NCBI GenBank assembly: GCA_022813965.1 | Contig: JALDZS010000001.1 | Coordinates: forward strand, 1-64,000 | DNA: 64,000 nucleotides | From: Toensbergia leucococca | Taxonomy: Eukaryota | Reading direction: 5' to 3' | In this document: piece by piece, positions 23,162-33,621 of the stretch | Layout of the letters: every line of letters starts with the position of its first letter | How positions within the stretch are numbered: the first letter of the stretch is position 1 | The notes under the pieces: model-generated | The model's input: only the letters and a program-made list of their open reading frames with translations | What the model was told of the DNA's origin: nothing | Databases searched by the model: none | Program-made: the position numbers and the translations under genes

Positions 23162-24810
23162 TTATAATTCGTTCCTCTGGTCTTCTGAATTTTCCATTTT
23201 ATCCTTTGCCTTTGTTTCGTCTTCTATCTTCTCAATCTCGCCCAGACCCCTTCCTACCCAACTCGTCAAGATCTCAAAAGCTACCTGCGCTGCCACCAAT
23301 GCCGTTTGCTCGCCAGCCCCATCATATGCCGGTGCAACCTCAACAATATCCGCGCCAACTACGTTCAAACTCTCCAATCCCCTTAAAATTTTGATCACCT
23401 CTCTGCTTGTCCATCCTCCTGGCTCGGGGGTTCCAGTTCCCGGGCAGAGACCTGGGTCTAGAACATCGATATCTAGCGATAGATAAGTAGGGATTTCGGT
23501 CCCAATACGATCTATGATTGAGCTGATAATCCCTAGAGTGCCCATTTCGTCAATGTCGTCTGACGAAATACGCAAGAAACCCTGACGATCGTCATCTTCA
23601 AAATCGTCCCATCCATCTCCCGCAAGACGAGTACGGAGCCCCGCGTGCGCAGAGGAGCCGTTGATTATAAGACCCTCGTTAGAGGCAATCCAGAACATGC
23701 TACCATGGGTGAAATCGCTTTGTGCGGATTTCCAAAATGAGGGATATTTGGCAGGATGCCATGTATCAAGATGTGCATCGAAATGGAGGACAGCTATTGG
23801 CCCACCATAGATCTTGTTCAGGGCTCGAAGTGCCGGAAGAGCAATGCTGTGATCACCTCCTAGAGTGAGTAGTTTGGGTTTCGGATTGGTTGAGTGAATT
23901 AGGGCCGGAGTACGAGATCCGAGTTCGAGGAAGGCAGACGTCATTTGATGCAGGGCAAGCGCATTGTCAAAGGGTGTTATGGGGATGTCGCCGCAGTCGA
24001 AGATGGTATAGGGTGACGTGTAGGGATTTAGGCCGCGGCGATGGTTGAAGCCGCGGAAAGAGGTTTGGCGGGCGGAAGCAGCTCGGATGGCACGTGGACC
24101 GAACCTAGCGCCTGGAAAGGAGATTCGGGTCAGGCAGTGGACATCTACGAGATTTTTCTGAGAGGGAGGGAAAGACATAAGAGAATAGAGGAAGGGAAGA
24201 AGCCAGACAGAACAGTTGGCATTGGAATCTCTAAGTCCGCTTTTGAACTCGACACAAAGGTCAAAGCAACAACACTCGGAAATCTTCAGCGATTGCAGAC
24301 AAAATGAAAGGGGTAAATCAACGTAGCCTTGGCATAGGTAAGGTTCAATGAATTCAACTTGCATAACATTATCAGTTGGCAAAATGGTGTAGAAAATAGA
24401 CGGAGACAGCTAAAGACCTCGTCAGAAAATGCAATTACCAGGTCTGTAGCTGACGGCGGTATCAAACGGGGCCCCGATAATGCCAATATCAAACGGAACC
24501 TCCCGATTTGATAGACATTTAACATGCTTCAGATGTGCAAACGTGGAAATACCCGAAAATGCCCACTACAGTTATTTAGCAAGAAGAAAATTATGACTGA
24601 TTGATAGCTGTAGTTGTTGAATACCTCGAAGTCCCATTTATCATGCAAGTCATTTTCGGAGCTGGCGGATGGCAGGGGGTCTTGTTCTGGGTTGTCGTAG
24701 AAGGAGTTTGCCAATGCTAGGGGTGGGGAAAGGGGGAGGTGAAGGAGGAAAAGGAGGTAACAGAGGAGCAGGGTTGGATTGGAGAGGGGATGGGGATGGG
24801 GATGGGTCAT
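23162..24810 (-). CDS. Agmatinase/arginase-family ureohydrolase with a predicted signal peptide; two introns
   Basis: [41 protein letters not shown] and [19 protein letters not shown] metal-binding motifs; hydrophobic N-terminus. Confidence 0.93.
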
Positions 24811-26036
24811 TTTCCTGGGTGACTATGATGTTGCTGTCTGAATATTCTTCTAGGAGGGCAATTGCCGTCAGAAAACGGGGTTGCGAATTATGTCATCTTT
24901 ATGATGAGGCTGTGATAAGGGTTGCGGCGAATGGAAGTAGGTATATCCGGGGATTTCGATGTGAGAGGTGGGTTTCCGTTGCATACCACCAGCGTTATCT
25001 ACCTACCTAGTTCCCAAAGTCTGGGGTGTGTCTGCGATTGATTTTTCGGGCATGCTTGGACCTTTTATATTGTGACTGAGGTTTGGGGCATGACTTGACT
25101 TTTGATCAGCATCATATTCCTTTGGAAGTGTATTTAGGTTCAATTCCACATCAGAGTCATAATCTGACGAGGCTGAATCCTAGTACTAGTACCGCCGATA
25201 GAGGCCAAATTACGAGTGACGGAAGGACCTCATTCGTGTTGTGTCAGGCCTAAAATGGAGAGCATGCAGGGAAAATGCGAGAACAATGACCTAATAGGGT
25301 ATCTGCTCTGACTATTGAACACTGCAAATGTCGAGAATTAGTATTTCGGTAGCACACCATCAATTGTCAAACACCAGGTATGTGATCCGCCCACCTGAAG
25401 ATCTCTGCGACGAGTTTAGCGAAGTCGTTGCGGAGGGCACATGGCAGATGAGACTAGGGTGTGGGGGAATAGAATGACTATGAGTGGTGTTGTACCGACC
25501 AGGCAGATCTAGGTGGCATCAAAGGAAGGAGACGGAGTGTTACGAGGCTATTGGAGTACCTTGCAGCGCCTGACTTTGTCGGGCTAGCATTGCGAATTAG
25601 GGTATCGCTATTCCAGATCTGGTATAGCTGGACATCGTAGTCACATCGGGCCCCCATTGTCGCTTGTTACGTCGTGTGAGAATCTTCGACTTCGACACAG
25701 CTTGCCATGTGGTATGGGGGCAACTCCGGTGCCTTTGACCTTTGCTGGGACGGCCTCTACCCTGTCATATTCTTCTCGCTGTCTGCAATCGAATCCATGG
25801 CGCCGTCAGCTCTCGCTACGTTTGACGTCAGCTGTAACCATAATACTGAGTACTACTCAGCATGTAGCGTGTTTCCCTCAGCTTCATATACATGTCTGAT
25901 TTCTGCCTTCGATTTCGATCTAGCATATTGCAGCACCTGTTCACTCTTTAAACATCGGTACACTTCTGGGCCTTCCAACACTCCAGCTTCTAATTCATAC
26001 TATATAAATAAATAAATACTCACTTAGCCCGAGAGC

Positions 26037-28115
26037 ATGGATGAAGAAAGGACGAACGGGGCGGTGCCTTTGCAGCCCATGCAGCGAACCATGTCTTCCG
26101 AGACTGATCGAACCGTGACCTTTGACCTACAACCTTCGGCAGAAGATTGGCCAACTTCTAATAAAGAGGAAGAATTACAAGATTACGATTCACCTTTACC
26201 CTCACAACCTGACTGGCCTTTAAATACACCCGTCGCCTCTAACATACGCCGGAGAATATCCACCGCCAACATCGACCAAGAAGCCAAAAGAAGATCGGTA
26301 CGCTTGGAAAAGTCCGAAGCAACGCTGCGACCGGAAGACGACAACGAGACAGACGATGTCGGGAGCCTTCACCATCATACCAGAAACCAAAGTAGCCTCC
26401 CCCAATTCTTCTTCGAAAGGCAAAGAGATTCCTTTTTCCACACCCCGAGCGAAGAGACCCTGACAAGAGATGTTGAGCAGGCTGAGGACCCGGGGGAACC
26501 TCCGCAGAAAGAAAAAGCTGAAAAAGACATGAATCTCATTAACTGGGAAGGGCCCGACGATCCTGAGAACCCACAAAACTGGAAAGCCTCAAAGAAATGG
26601 TGGATGACAATTGGTATGTCCATGATGACATTCTGCATCACCTTCGCCAGCAGTATTTTCAGCACCGACACCATCGTTACTGCGAGAGACTTCCATCTAT
26701 CAATAGAAGTTACTACACTTGGCACAACGCTCTTCGTCTTGGTGAGTTCTTATCCAACCCAGATTCAAAAGCTACATGGATTTGAACTAATCTTTCTTTT
26801 TATACAGGGATTTGCTTTTGGTCCTTTATGCTGGGGCCCTACTTCAGAACTTCTCGGCCGCACAATTCCGCTGTACTTGGGCTTCGTATGTTTCATGATT
26901 TTCCAGGTCCCCGTTGCTGTGGCTTCAAATATTGAAACCATCCTACTCTGTCGCTTTTTGGGTGGTATGTTCGGTTGTGCTCCTCTAGCAGTTGTTGGAG
27001 GCGCCTTATCCGACATGTGGGACCCGGTCGGTAGAGGTGTTGCCATCTGCTTCTTTGCTGCAGCACTCCTCCTGGGCCCTGTCATCGGACCGATTGTCGG
27101 CGGCTTTGTTACAGAAAGCTACTTAAGCTGGCGATGGACAGCTTGGATCACGTTGATTGTGGCTGCGGTATTCTTGGTATTTGGAGCCTGCACAATCCAC
27201 GAGTCCTACGCACCTGTGCTGCTATCTAGGAAGGCGAGAAAGATTCGCTTTGCAACCAAGAATTGGGCAATCCACGCCAAAGCCGACGAGAACCAAGTTG
27301 ATTTTCATGACCTGATCACCAAATATTTCCTGCGGCCCTTCGCCATGTTGGCATTCGAGCCGATTCTTACCATGCTGACAACGTACATCGCTCTTACATA
27401 TGGTACCCTCTACTGCTTCTTCGTCGCCTATCCTCTCTCGTTCCAGGAACAACGTCACTGGTCTGCAGGTATTGGTGCTCTGCCTTTCTTAGGTATGACA
27501 GGCGGTGTCATACTCGGAGGAGGCAGTCTCATTTACGTAACAAAGACGCGCTTCGCTGCAAGTATTAAGAAAAACGGAAAAATCGTGCCAGAGGAACGTC
27601 TTCCGCCCATGATCGTAGGCTCAATCCTACTTCCTGTGGGGCTTTTCTGGTGGGCGTGGACCAGTCCTCCCGACGTTAGTTGGGTCGCTCAAGTCCTCGC
27701 CGGTATTCCCATCGGTGCCGGTATCCTTATGATCTTCATGCAGTATGTTATACCCCCATTACCTCCTTCAAACGCATCAGAACTAACTGGTTCCCCCAAC
27801 AGAGGCCTGAACTACATCATCGATGTCTACCTCATGTACGCGAACAGCGCCATCGCCGCCAATACTCTCATGCGCTCTCTTGCCGGCTCCACTTTCCCTC
27901 TCTTCGCCAGACCCATGTACACCGCCCTCGGCATTCCCTGGGGTATGTCTCTCCTCGGCTTCTTGGCAGCAGCGATGATTCCTGTCCCCATATGCTTCTA
28001 CATCTACGGCAAGCAGATCCGCCAACGCAGCCGCTTCGCCCCCACGGGCGCAAAAATGCAGGCTATTCTCAAGCAGCAGAAGATGCAGGGTGGTGGTGGT
28101 GGCGGCCATCATTGA
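26037..28115 (+). CDS. DHA1-family MFS drug/polyamine:H+ antiporter; introns 26742-26807 and 27743-27802
   Basis: WEGPDDPENPQNW, GFAFGPLCWGPTSELLGR, WRWTAW, PEERLPPM, YANSAIAANT and FPLFARPMY. Confidence 0.93.
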   Translation: MDEERTNGAVPLQPMQRTMSSETDRTVTFDLQPSAEDWPTSNKEEELQDYDSPLPSQPDWPLNTPVASNIRRRISTANIDQEAKRRSVRLEKSEATLRPEDDNETDDVGSLHHHTRNQSSLPQFFFERQRDSFFHTPSEETLTRDVEQAEDPGEPPQKEKAEKDMNLINWEGPDDPENPQNWKASKKWWMTIGMSMMTFCITFASSIFSTDTIVTARDFHLSIEVTTLGTTLFVLVSSYPTQIQKLHGFELIFLFIQGFAFGPLCWGPTSELLGRTIPLYLGFVCFMIFQVPVAVASNIETILLCRFLGGMFGCAPLAVVGGALSDMWDPVGRGVAICFFAAALLLGPVIGPIVGGFVTESYLSWRWTAWITLIVAAVFLVFGACTIHESYAPVLLSRKARKIRFATKNWAIHAKADENQVDFHDLITKYFLRPFAMLAFEPILTMLTTYIALTYGTLYCFFVAYPLSFQEQRHWSAGIGALPFLGMTGGVILGGGSLIYVTKTRFAASIKKNGKIVPEERLPPMIVGSILLPVGLFWWAWTSPPDVSWVAQVLAGIPIGAGILMIFMQYVIPPLPPSNASELTGSPNRGLNYIIDVYLMYANSAIAANTLMRSLAGSTFPLFARPMYTALGIPWGMSLLGFLAAAMIPVPICFYIYGKQIRQRSRFAPTGAKMQAILKQQKMQGGGGGGHH

Positions 28116-28860
28116 GACGTTGTCGATCTTGTGTGTCTTTCTTTAGTCGCTTCACCTTTTGTTTGGAGGCTTTATTGTAGCGTATTTACTAGCGCTATTG
28201 ACACAACCTTTTTCTTGACTTTCTCTTCTTTGAATTAGCATTTTCATGGAGCGTCTTCATCATTTACATAGGCATGGGCATTTTTGAGAGTGCTTTTCCT
28301 CTTCTAAGGTTTCGCATTGGCGCTTTGCAGCCACATAGACGGATAACTGGGGAAAAAGAAGGGATAAAAAAGGGAAAGGAAGGTGCCCTGATTATTGGCA
28401 TTACAATCTCAATATCCTCCCCTGGAGATGATATTTACCTAGTCTACTTTAAATATACCCCCCACATAAAGTCCATTTACTACATTTACTAAATCTCGAA
28501 TTACTCTGGGTACAAAATTTTGGAATTTATTTTCGCATCCCTTTGTTCGATTTGTATTCCAAATTGGAGGGTGTGGTGAGCGCTGTGCCTTTTTGCCTAG
28601 AACCCGTGTGGGGAGGTGGAGGGTGGTGGTGCGGCTGAATAAATAGGCGGTTGGTAACGTTGCATCCCACCTTTGCATCCTCCCCTCCTTTTTTTGGTTT
28701 TTTTTTTTCCAAAACTTCAACCCGAGTTGGGCTTCATGTCCGAGGGGCGCGAGTTTTTTTTTGGGGGGGTTGGGAATGAAGGTGTTTTTGGGTTTGCTGG
28801 GGTTTGTGAGTTTTGTGATTTAGGTAATTACTATATCTTTATGCGGAGTTTTTGGTATGT

Positions 28861-29327
28861 ATTTAGCGTGTGCAAAATCCTACCTAGAATAGAGACAAAT
28901 TAGATTTTCCCATTTTTTCCCCCCTCTCTAGATGTTTTTTGGAATGATAGTGAATAGAGCTCAAATCAAAAATCTAATTTAGACATATCATAGAGCTTCA
29001 TCATGCGATTCTATGACAGCAGGATTCAGTCAAACACTATTAGCAGTCATGAAGATATTCTCAATAAAGATTTCATGAGATTGATGAGATCATGAACAGG
29101 CACGAACATCAAGATTGATTCATCAGCTCATAACTATGATATCTTCATGATCACATCAGAGATTTGATTAATTTTTACGGCGATAGAATCGCATGATGAA
29201 ACTCTACAATATACCTCTATTAGATTTCTGATTTGAGCTCTATTCACTATCATTTCAAAAAACATCTAGAGAGGGATAAAAAATTGTGAAAATCTAATTT
29301 GTCTCTAGGATTTTGCATACACTAAAT
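28861..29327. mobile_element. Non-autonomous foldback/MITE-like element with about 150-bp terminal inverted repeats
   Basis: 28861-29013 is the reverse complement of about 29183-29327 (e.g. AGAGACAAATTAGATTTTC and GATAGTGAATAGAGCTCAAATCA). Weaker inverted similarity continues inward. No ORF and no clear TSD. Confidence 0.82.
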
Positions 29328-31462
29328 GTCTGAGGGGTGTGAGTTTTTTTTTTGATCAGGAATGGAGGTGTTTTGTGATTTACTATATCTTTTACGCGGA
29401 TTTTTGGTATGTATATATTATGATTTATCTTTTGGGTTTTTTTTTGATAATGATTTGATTTTTTTGATTTAGATGTTGAGATTTGTTTTTGTTTTATTCT
29501 TGCTGAGGTTGTGAGGTGTTCAATGAGAAGGGAGAGGTTTTTGTGATGAGTTATTTTTGAGAGGAGGGGAAGGGTGTGAGAGAGATGAGATTAAAGATGA
29601 GATTTGCTCTTTTTTTGAGGGGAGGGTTTGAGTATGTGATTTGAGGAGGGAGAAAGAGAGGGGAGTGTGAGAAGTGAGTGTGAGAATGTGTGAGAAGTAC
29701 TCTATGATGGTGAGAAGACTTGTTTGAGAAATGTATGAGCTGTGAAAAGAGAGAGGAGAAGGGAGAAAGGAGAAGAAGATTGTGTATGAGGGTTTTTTTT
29801 GTTTATGAAAAGAATTCAAGTTGAAATTTTTTGCAATACAGGAATAAAAGTGAGGGTTTGTGCAAAATAATGTGACATTATGAGACAAACCTTGACCAAA
29901 ACAAGGCTGAGGAGGAGGGGAAGAAGGATTGTTGAAGATGAGAATGTTAGACAGCTGAGATTGTGTTGAGCTTTGTTGCTCTATATAAGTGCAACAAGTT
30001 GAACAAAATTCTTCAAATCTGTCATGTGCTCAAATGTGTCTCAAATGTACAAGAGTTTAAGGTGAATTTAACTCAAAGAGAGCCTCTGATTTTTTAAAAG
30101 CATGTTTTCAATGTTGATCTGCATACCCCCTTCTCCGTTCCAAAATAAAGATATGGCTCACATGGATTCATCAAACACGCTCCCAATTCTGAGGGAGTAA
30201 AAGGTGAGGGGGGTGATTGATTGGGGGAGGGGGGAGGATGTGGGGCAGGAAACGGGTAAAGTTGCAATCGGAGTAATTTCTTGACAAGATAAAACCTTTC
30301 AGGATGTGGGAAGCTTTCTATGTGGAATTCATAAAAGGGGCTATGAAGTTGATGGTGACACCCGTTGAGGAAAAGGTTAGTGAGAGGGTACACGTGTGAA
30401 GCATACCTTGTCAGATCAAGATGATTATGTCGGTGTTTGATGATGATAATGACGACGGGTCTCATATTCTCAAGATACTGGAATTGTTGGTAGTCGAGCG
30501 ATGGATCCAGGCCAAGTAACATGGTGAAGGAACGGGGACTAGGCCTTTTTTGTGCCTGATGTCCTTGATTTGGCATTTTGATATGTCGTGCATGGAAGAT
30601 GGAATCCTTTGTTCGAAATTATTGTGGACGGTTGTCTCGGGGCTTGAGGATCGGAGTCCTTGCAATTCTTGTCGCCGAAGGTTCTTGTGGGCGGTGATCT
30701 CTGGGCTGATGACCTACATTGCTTGCATTGGATGATTTTTCCTGGCGTCAGTGTCGGGTCTTTTCCTCCATCAACGCCCAAGGGTCCAGATACAGGTGTA
30801 GGCTGGGATTGATGTAGAGATCAAAGGCTCGCAAGATGATGTGAATTCTTCCAGGAACTATTTTCCGTAGGAGTTCCACTAGAGTACTTGAAAGATTCCC
30901 ATTTTAGAACTGTAATTCCGCTTTCATCCATAGACTCACAAAAAAGGCCTTCATAAAGCTAAAGCGTGGCTTCTTAATCCTGGCTACGGCTCTTGACTGA
31001 TGAGCTCTCAGTGACCGCGACGGCTCGATCTTGCGGCCTTTCCGATAATAAACGAGTATAACTCTTGTACCCTTCTCTTCTAGCACAAAGCACAGCTTCA
31101 ATTTATCCTACCTAGATCTCAAAGAAATGCATTTTTGCATTTAAAACCCTGTGCAGATGCTCAGAGGAAAGGTAAGGAACCATCGAACGGTATTCTATTC
31201 TAATCTAGAATATCGGCCGGTAACTTAAACAGGCGGACTGAGGAGCTGCGGAAAGCCGTCAACCATCATCATCATCATTCCCACGTCATTTCACTGCTGT
31301 GAATTGATCATATTTTCTTGTTCTCAGCTGTTGCATGGAAATGGAATTTTCGTTTTCATTCCTATCACTTGGTGTGAGAAACATAAGTTGTTACCCGTCA
31401 AGCCCCTATTTACAATATCCTCCCCCCTGATCTGCGCTTGGGAGGAGACTTGGTCTCGTTGA

Positions 31463-33069
31463 ATGGGCGAAATGGCAGACCAATTGGACATCACAAAGGT
31501 ATAGCCTCTTTTTCAATCTTCACCTACGTCTGCTGATATTCTCAGGTTGCTATGATCGGCTGTGGCAGTATGGGTGGGGGTATGGCTCTGCTTTTTGCTG
31601 AGAGCGACATCGCTGTGATGCTTGAGGATCCTTCAGAAAAGACTGTGGATAGCTTGATTGCAAAGGCCAACCAAGAGGGTCTGGGTCATAGGGTAGAGAA
31701 GCATGAAGATTACAAAGACCTATGCGAGAAACTGGGTTCTCCAAAAGTTTTGATTTTCTCACTGCCGCATGGGACCGTAGGAGACAGTGTCGTTGAGGGC
31801 TTGCATCCTTTTCTCGATAGAGGCGACATTATCATCGATGCTAGCAATGAGTACTGGCAAAATACGCAGCGGAGACAGGGTAAATTAGTTGCTCAGGGGG
31901 TGTACTATATCGGAATGGGCGTCTCTGGGGGCTACCAAGCTGCTAGAAGAGGGCCGTCAATGTGTCCAGGAGGGGAAGAACGAGCTGTAAATATGGTCTT
32001 GCCACTCCTCAAGAAAATCTGCGCCAAAGACAAGAAGGGAAGACCATGTGTAGGTTTCGCCGGCGTTGGTGGTGCTGGTCACTTTGTTAAGATGATTCAC
32101 AATGGTATTGAGCATGGCATGATGAGTGCTATTTCTGAGTCCTGGCAGATCATGAATGCTTGCCTTGGTATGAAGTATGATGCTATTGGGGAGGAACTTG
32201 CTAGATGGAATGCCCACGGAGAATTGGTGCGCCGACTTGACATTTCTTGATTCCAACATCTACTAATGTACTCCAACTAGAAAGGTACATTCCTTGTCGA
32301 CATTGGTGTGCAAATTTGTAAGCAAAAAAATCGAGAAGGAGGACATGTACTCAGCACTGTTCAAGACAAAGTGGTTCAAGACGTTGATGGGTCTGAAGGT
32401 ACTGGCATATGGTCAAATACCGAAGCTGTGCGACTACACGTTCCAGCGCCCACGTTGACCGCAGCCCATTACATACGTATCGCTTCGGCAGACCGAGCGC
32501 AACGTGTACATGCAAGGAAAACAATTCACTGTCATTTTCCACAGGAGAAGATTGTTCATTCCGAAGTGGAGCGGCGGGCTTTCCTAGAGGACTTACGGCT
32601 AGCAGTATACGAAGCTTGTCTTGCCGCTTATATTCAAGGTATCAACATCATCGACAAAGCCGATGCTGAGAACAAGTGGGGAATCGATATGGGAACGGTG
32701 ATCCAAATATGGCGTGCTGGGTGCATCATCCAGTGGGATGCTCTTGCTGATATGCTCGAGGAACACTTCAATGTCCATGGGACAGATGAGAACCGCAATC
32801 TTCTTTTCGAATCCAAATTTGCCGATGAGCTGAACAAAGGTTTTGCACCGCTCAAGAAGGTGGTCGGAAAAGGGGTGGAGGTCAATGCTGTTATTCCGAG
32901 CCTGAGTGCGACATTGGAGTACATGAAGTACGCAGCTAACACGTTTTTACCAACATCCTTCTATGAAGCAGAACTCGACTATTTTGGAAAACACATGTTT
33001 GATCTCAAATCAGAGCCTGCTGGGGAGGCAATTACTGGAAAGCATCACTTTGAGTGGAAGCCAGCTTAG
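31463..33069 (+). CDS. 6-phosphogluconate dehydrogenase-like protein (divergent paralog); two introns
   Basis: IGCGSMGGG, DIIIDASN, GMGVSGG, GHFVKMIHNGIEHG, IWRAGCII and DYFGKH. Confidence 0.9.
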
Positions 33070-33621
33070 TTCATAAGTTCCTTGGAACCCAAAATGACAT
33101 TTGTTCACTCATACCTTGTACATTTCATGATCAACATACTGTACCCTTTATTTAGTAGTCTCATGAATTCAAGGATGAATCAGTAGACTAGAACTTCACA
33201 TAAAAGTCAGTATAAACAACGGGTGTGAGGAATTCTATGAAAGTGTTGCAAATTGATCGGGATGAGCGCCTAGTTCTATGTCCACGATCGAGATTTGTTC
33301 TATTTGATATTCCATTATGATCAAAAATGCAATGAGATGGATTGAGTAGCACAGTCTATATCTTAGATATGACTACTCCGTTGGTGTCTCGGATCCGAGG
33401 TCCAGCCCTAATCGTCGCCCAATTTAGATAACCGCGGGCGAAGGTTATTTATTCTACGTGACGCGCCCAAGTTCGAATAACTCTAGTCGAGTCAACACCA
33501 AGCTCTACAATTGTGCGCAATCACGGAAATCGATGGATTTGACGTGATAATGACGAGGCCTTGACCTTGAACCGTCTGCTACTTCTGCGCCTTGCAGCAG
33601 CTTTGAGCCTGTGGTGTTACA

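Noticed and set aside
29340..30900. Minus-strand ORF fragments next to the foldback element
   Set aside because: Low-complexity, broken frames with no family signal; may be a decayed gene but cannot be supported.
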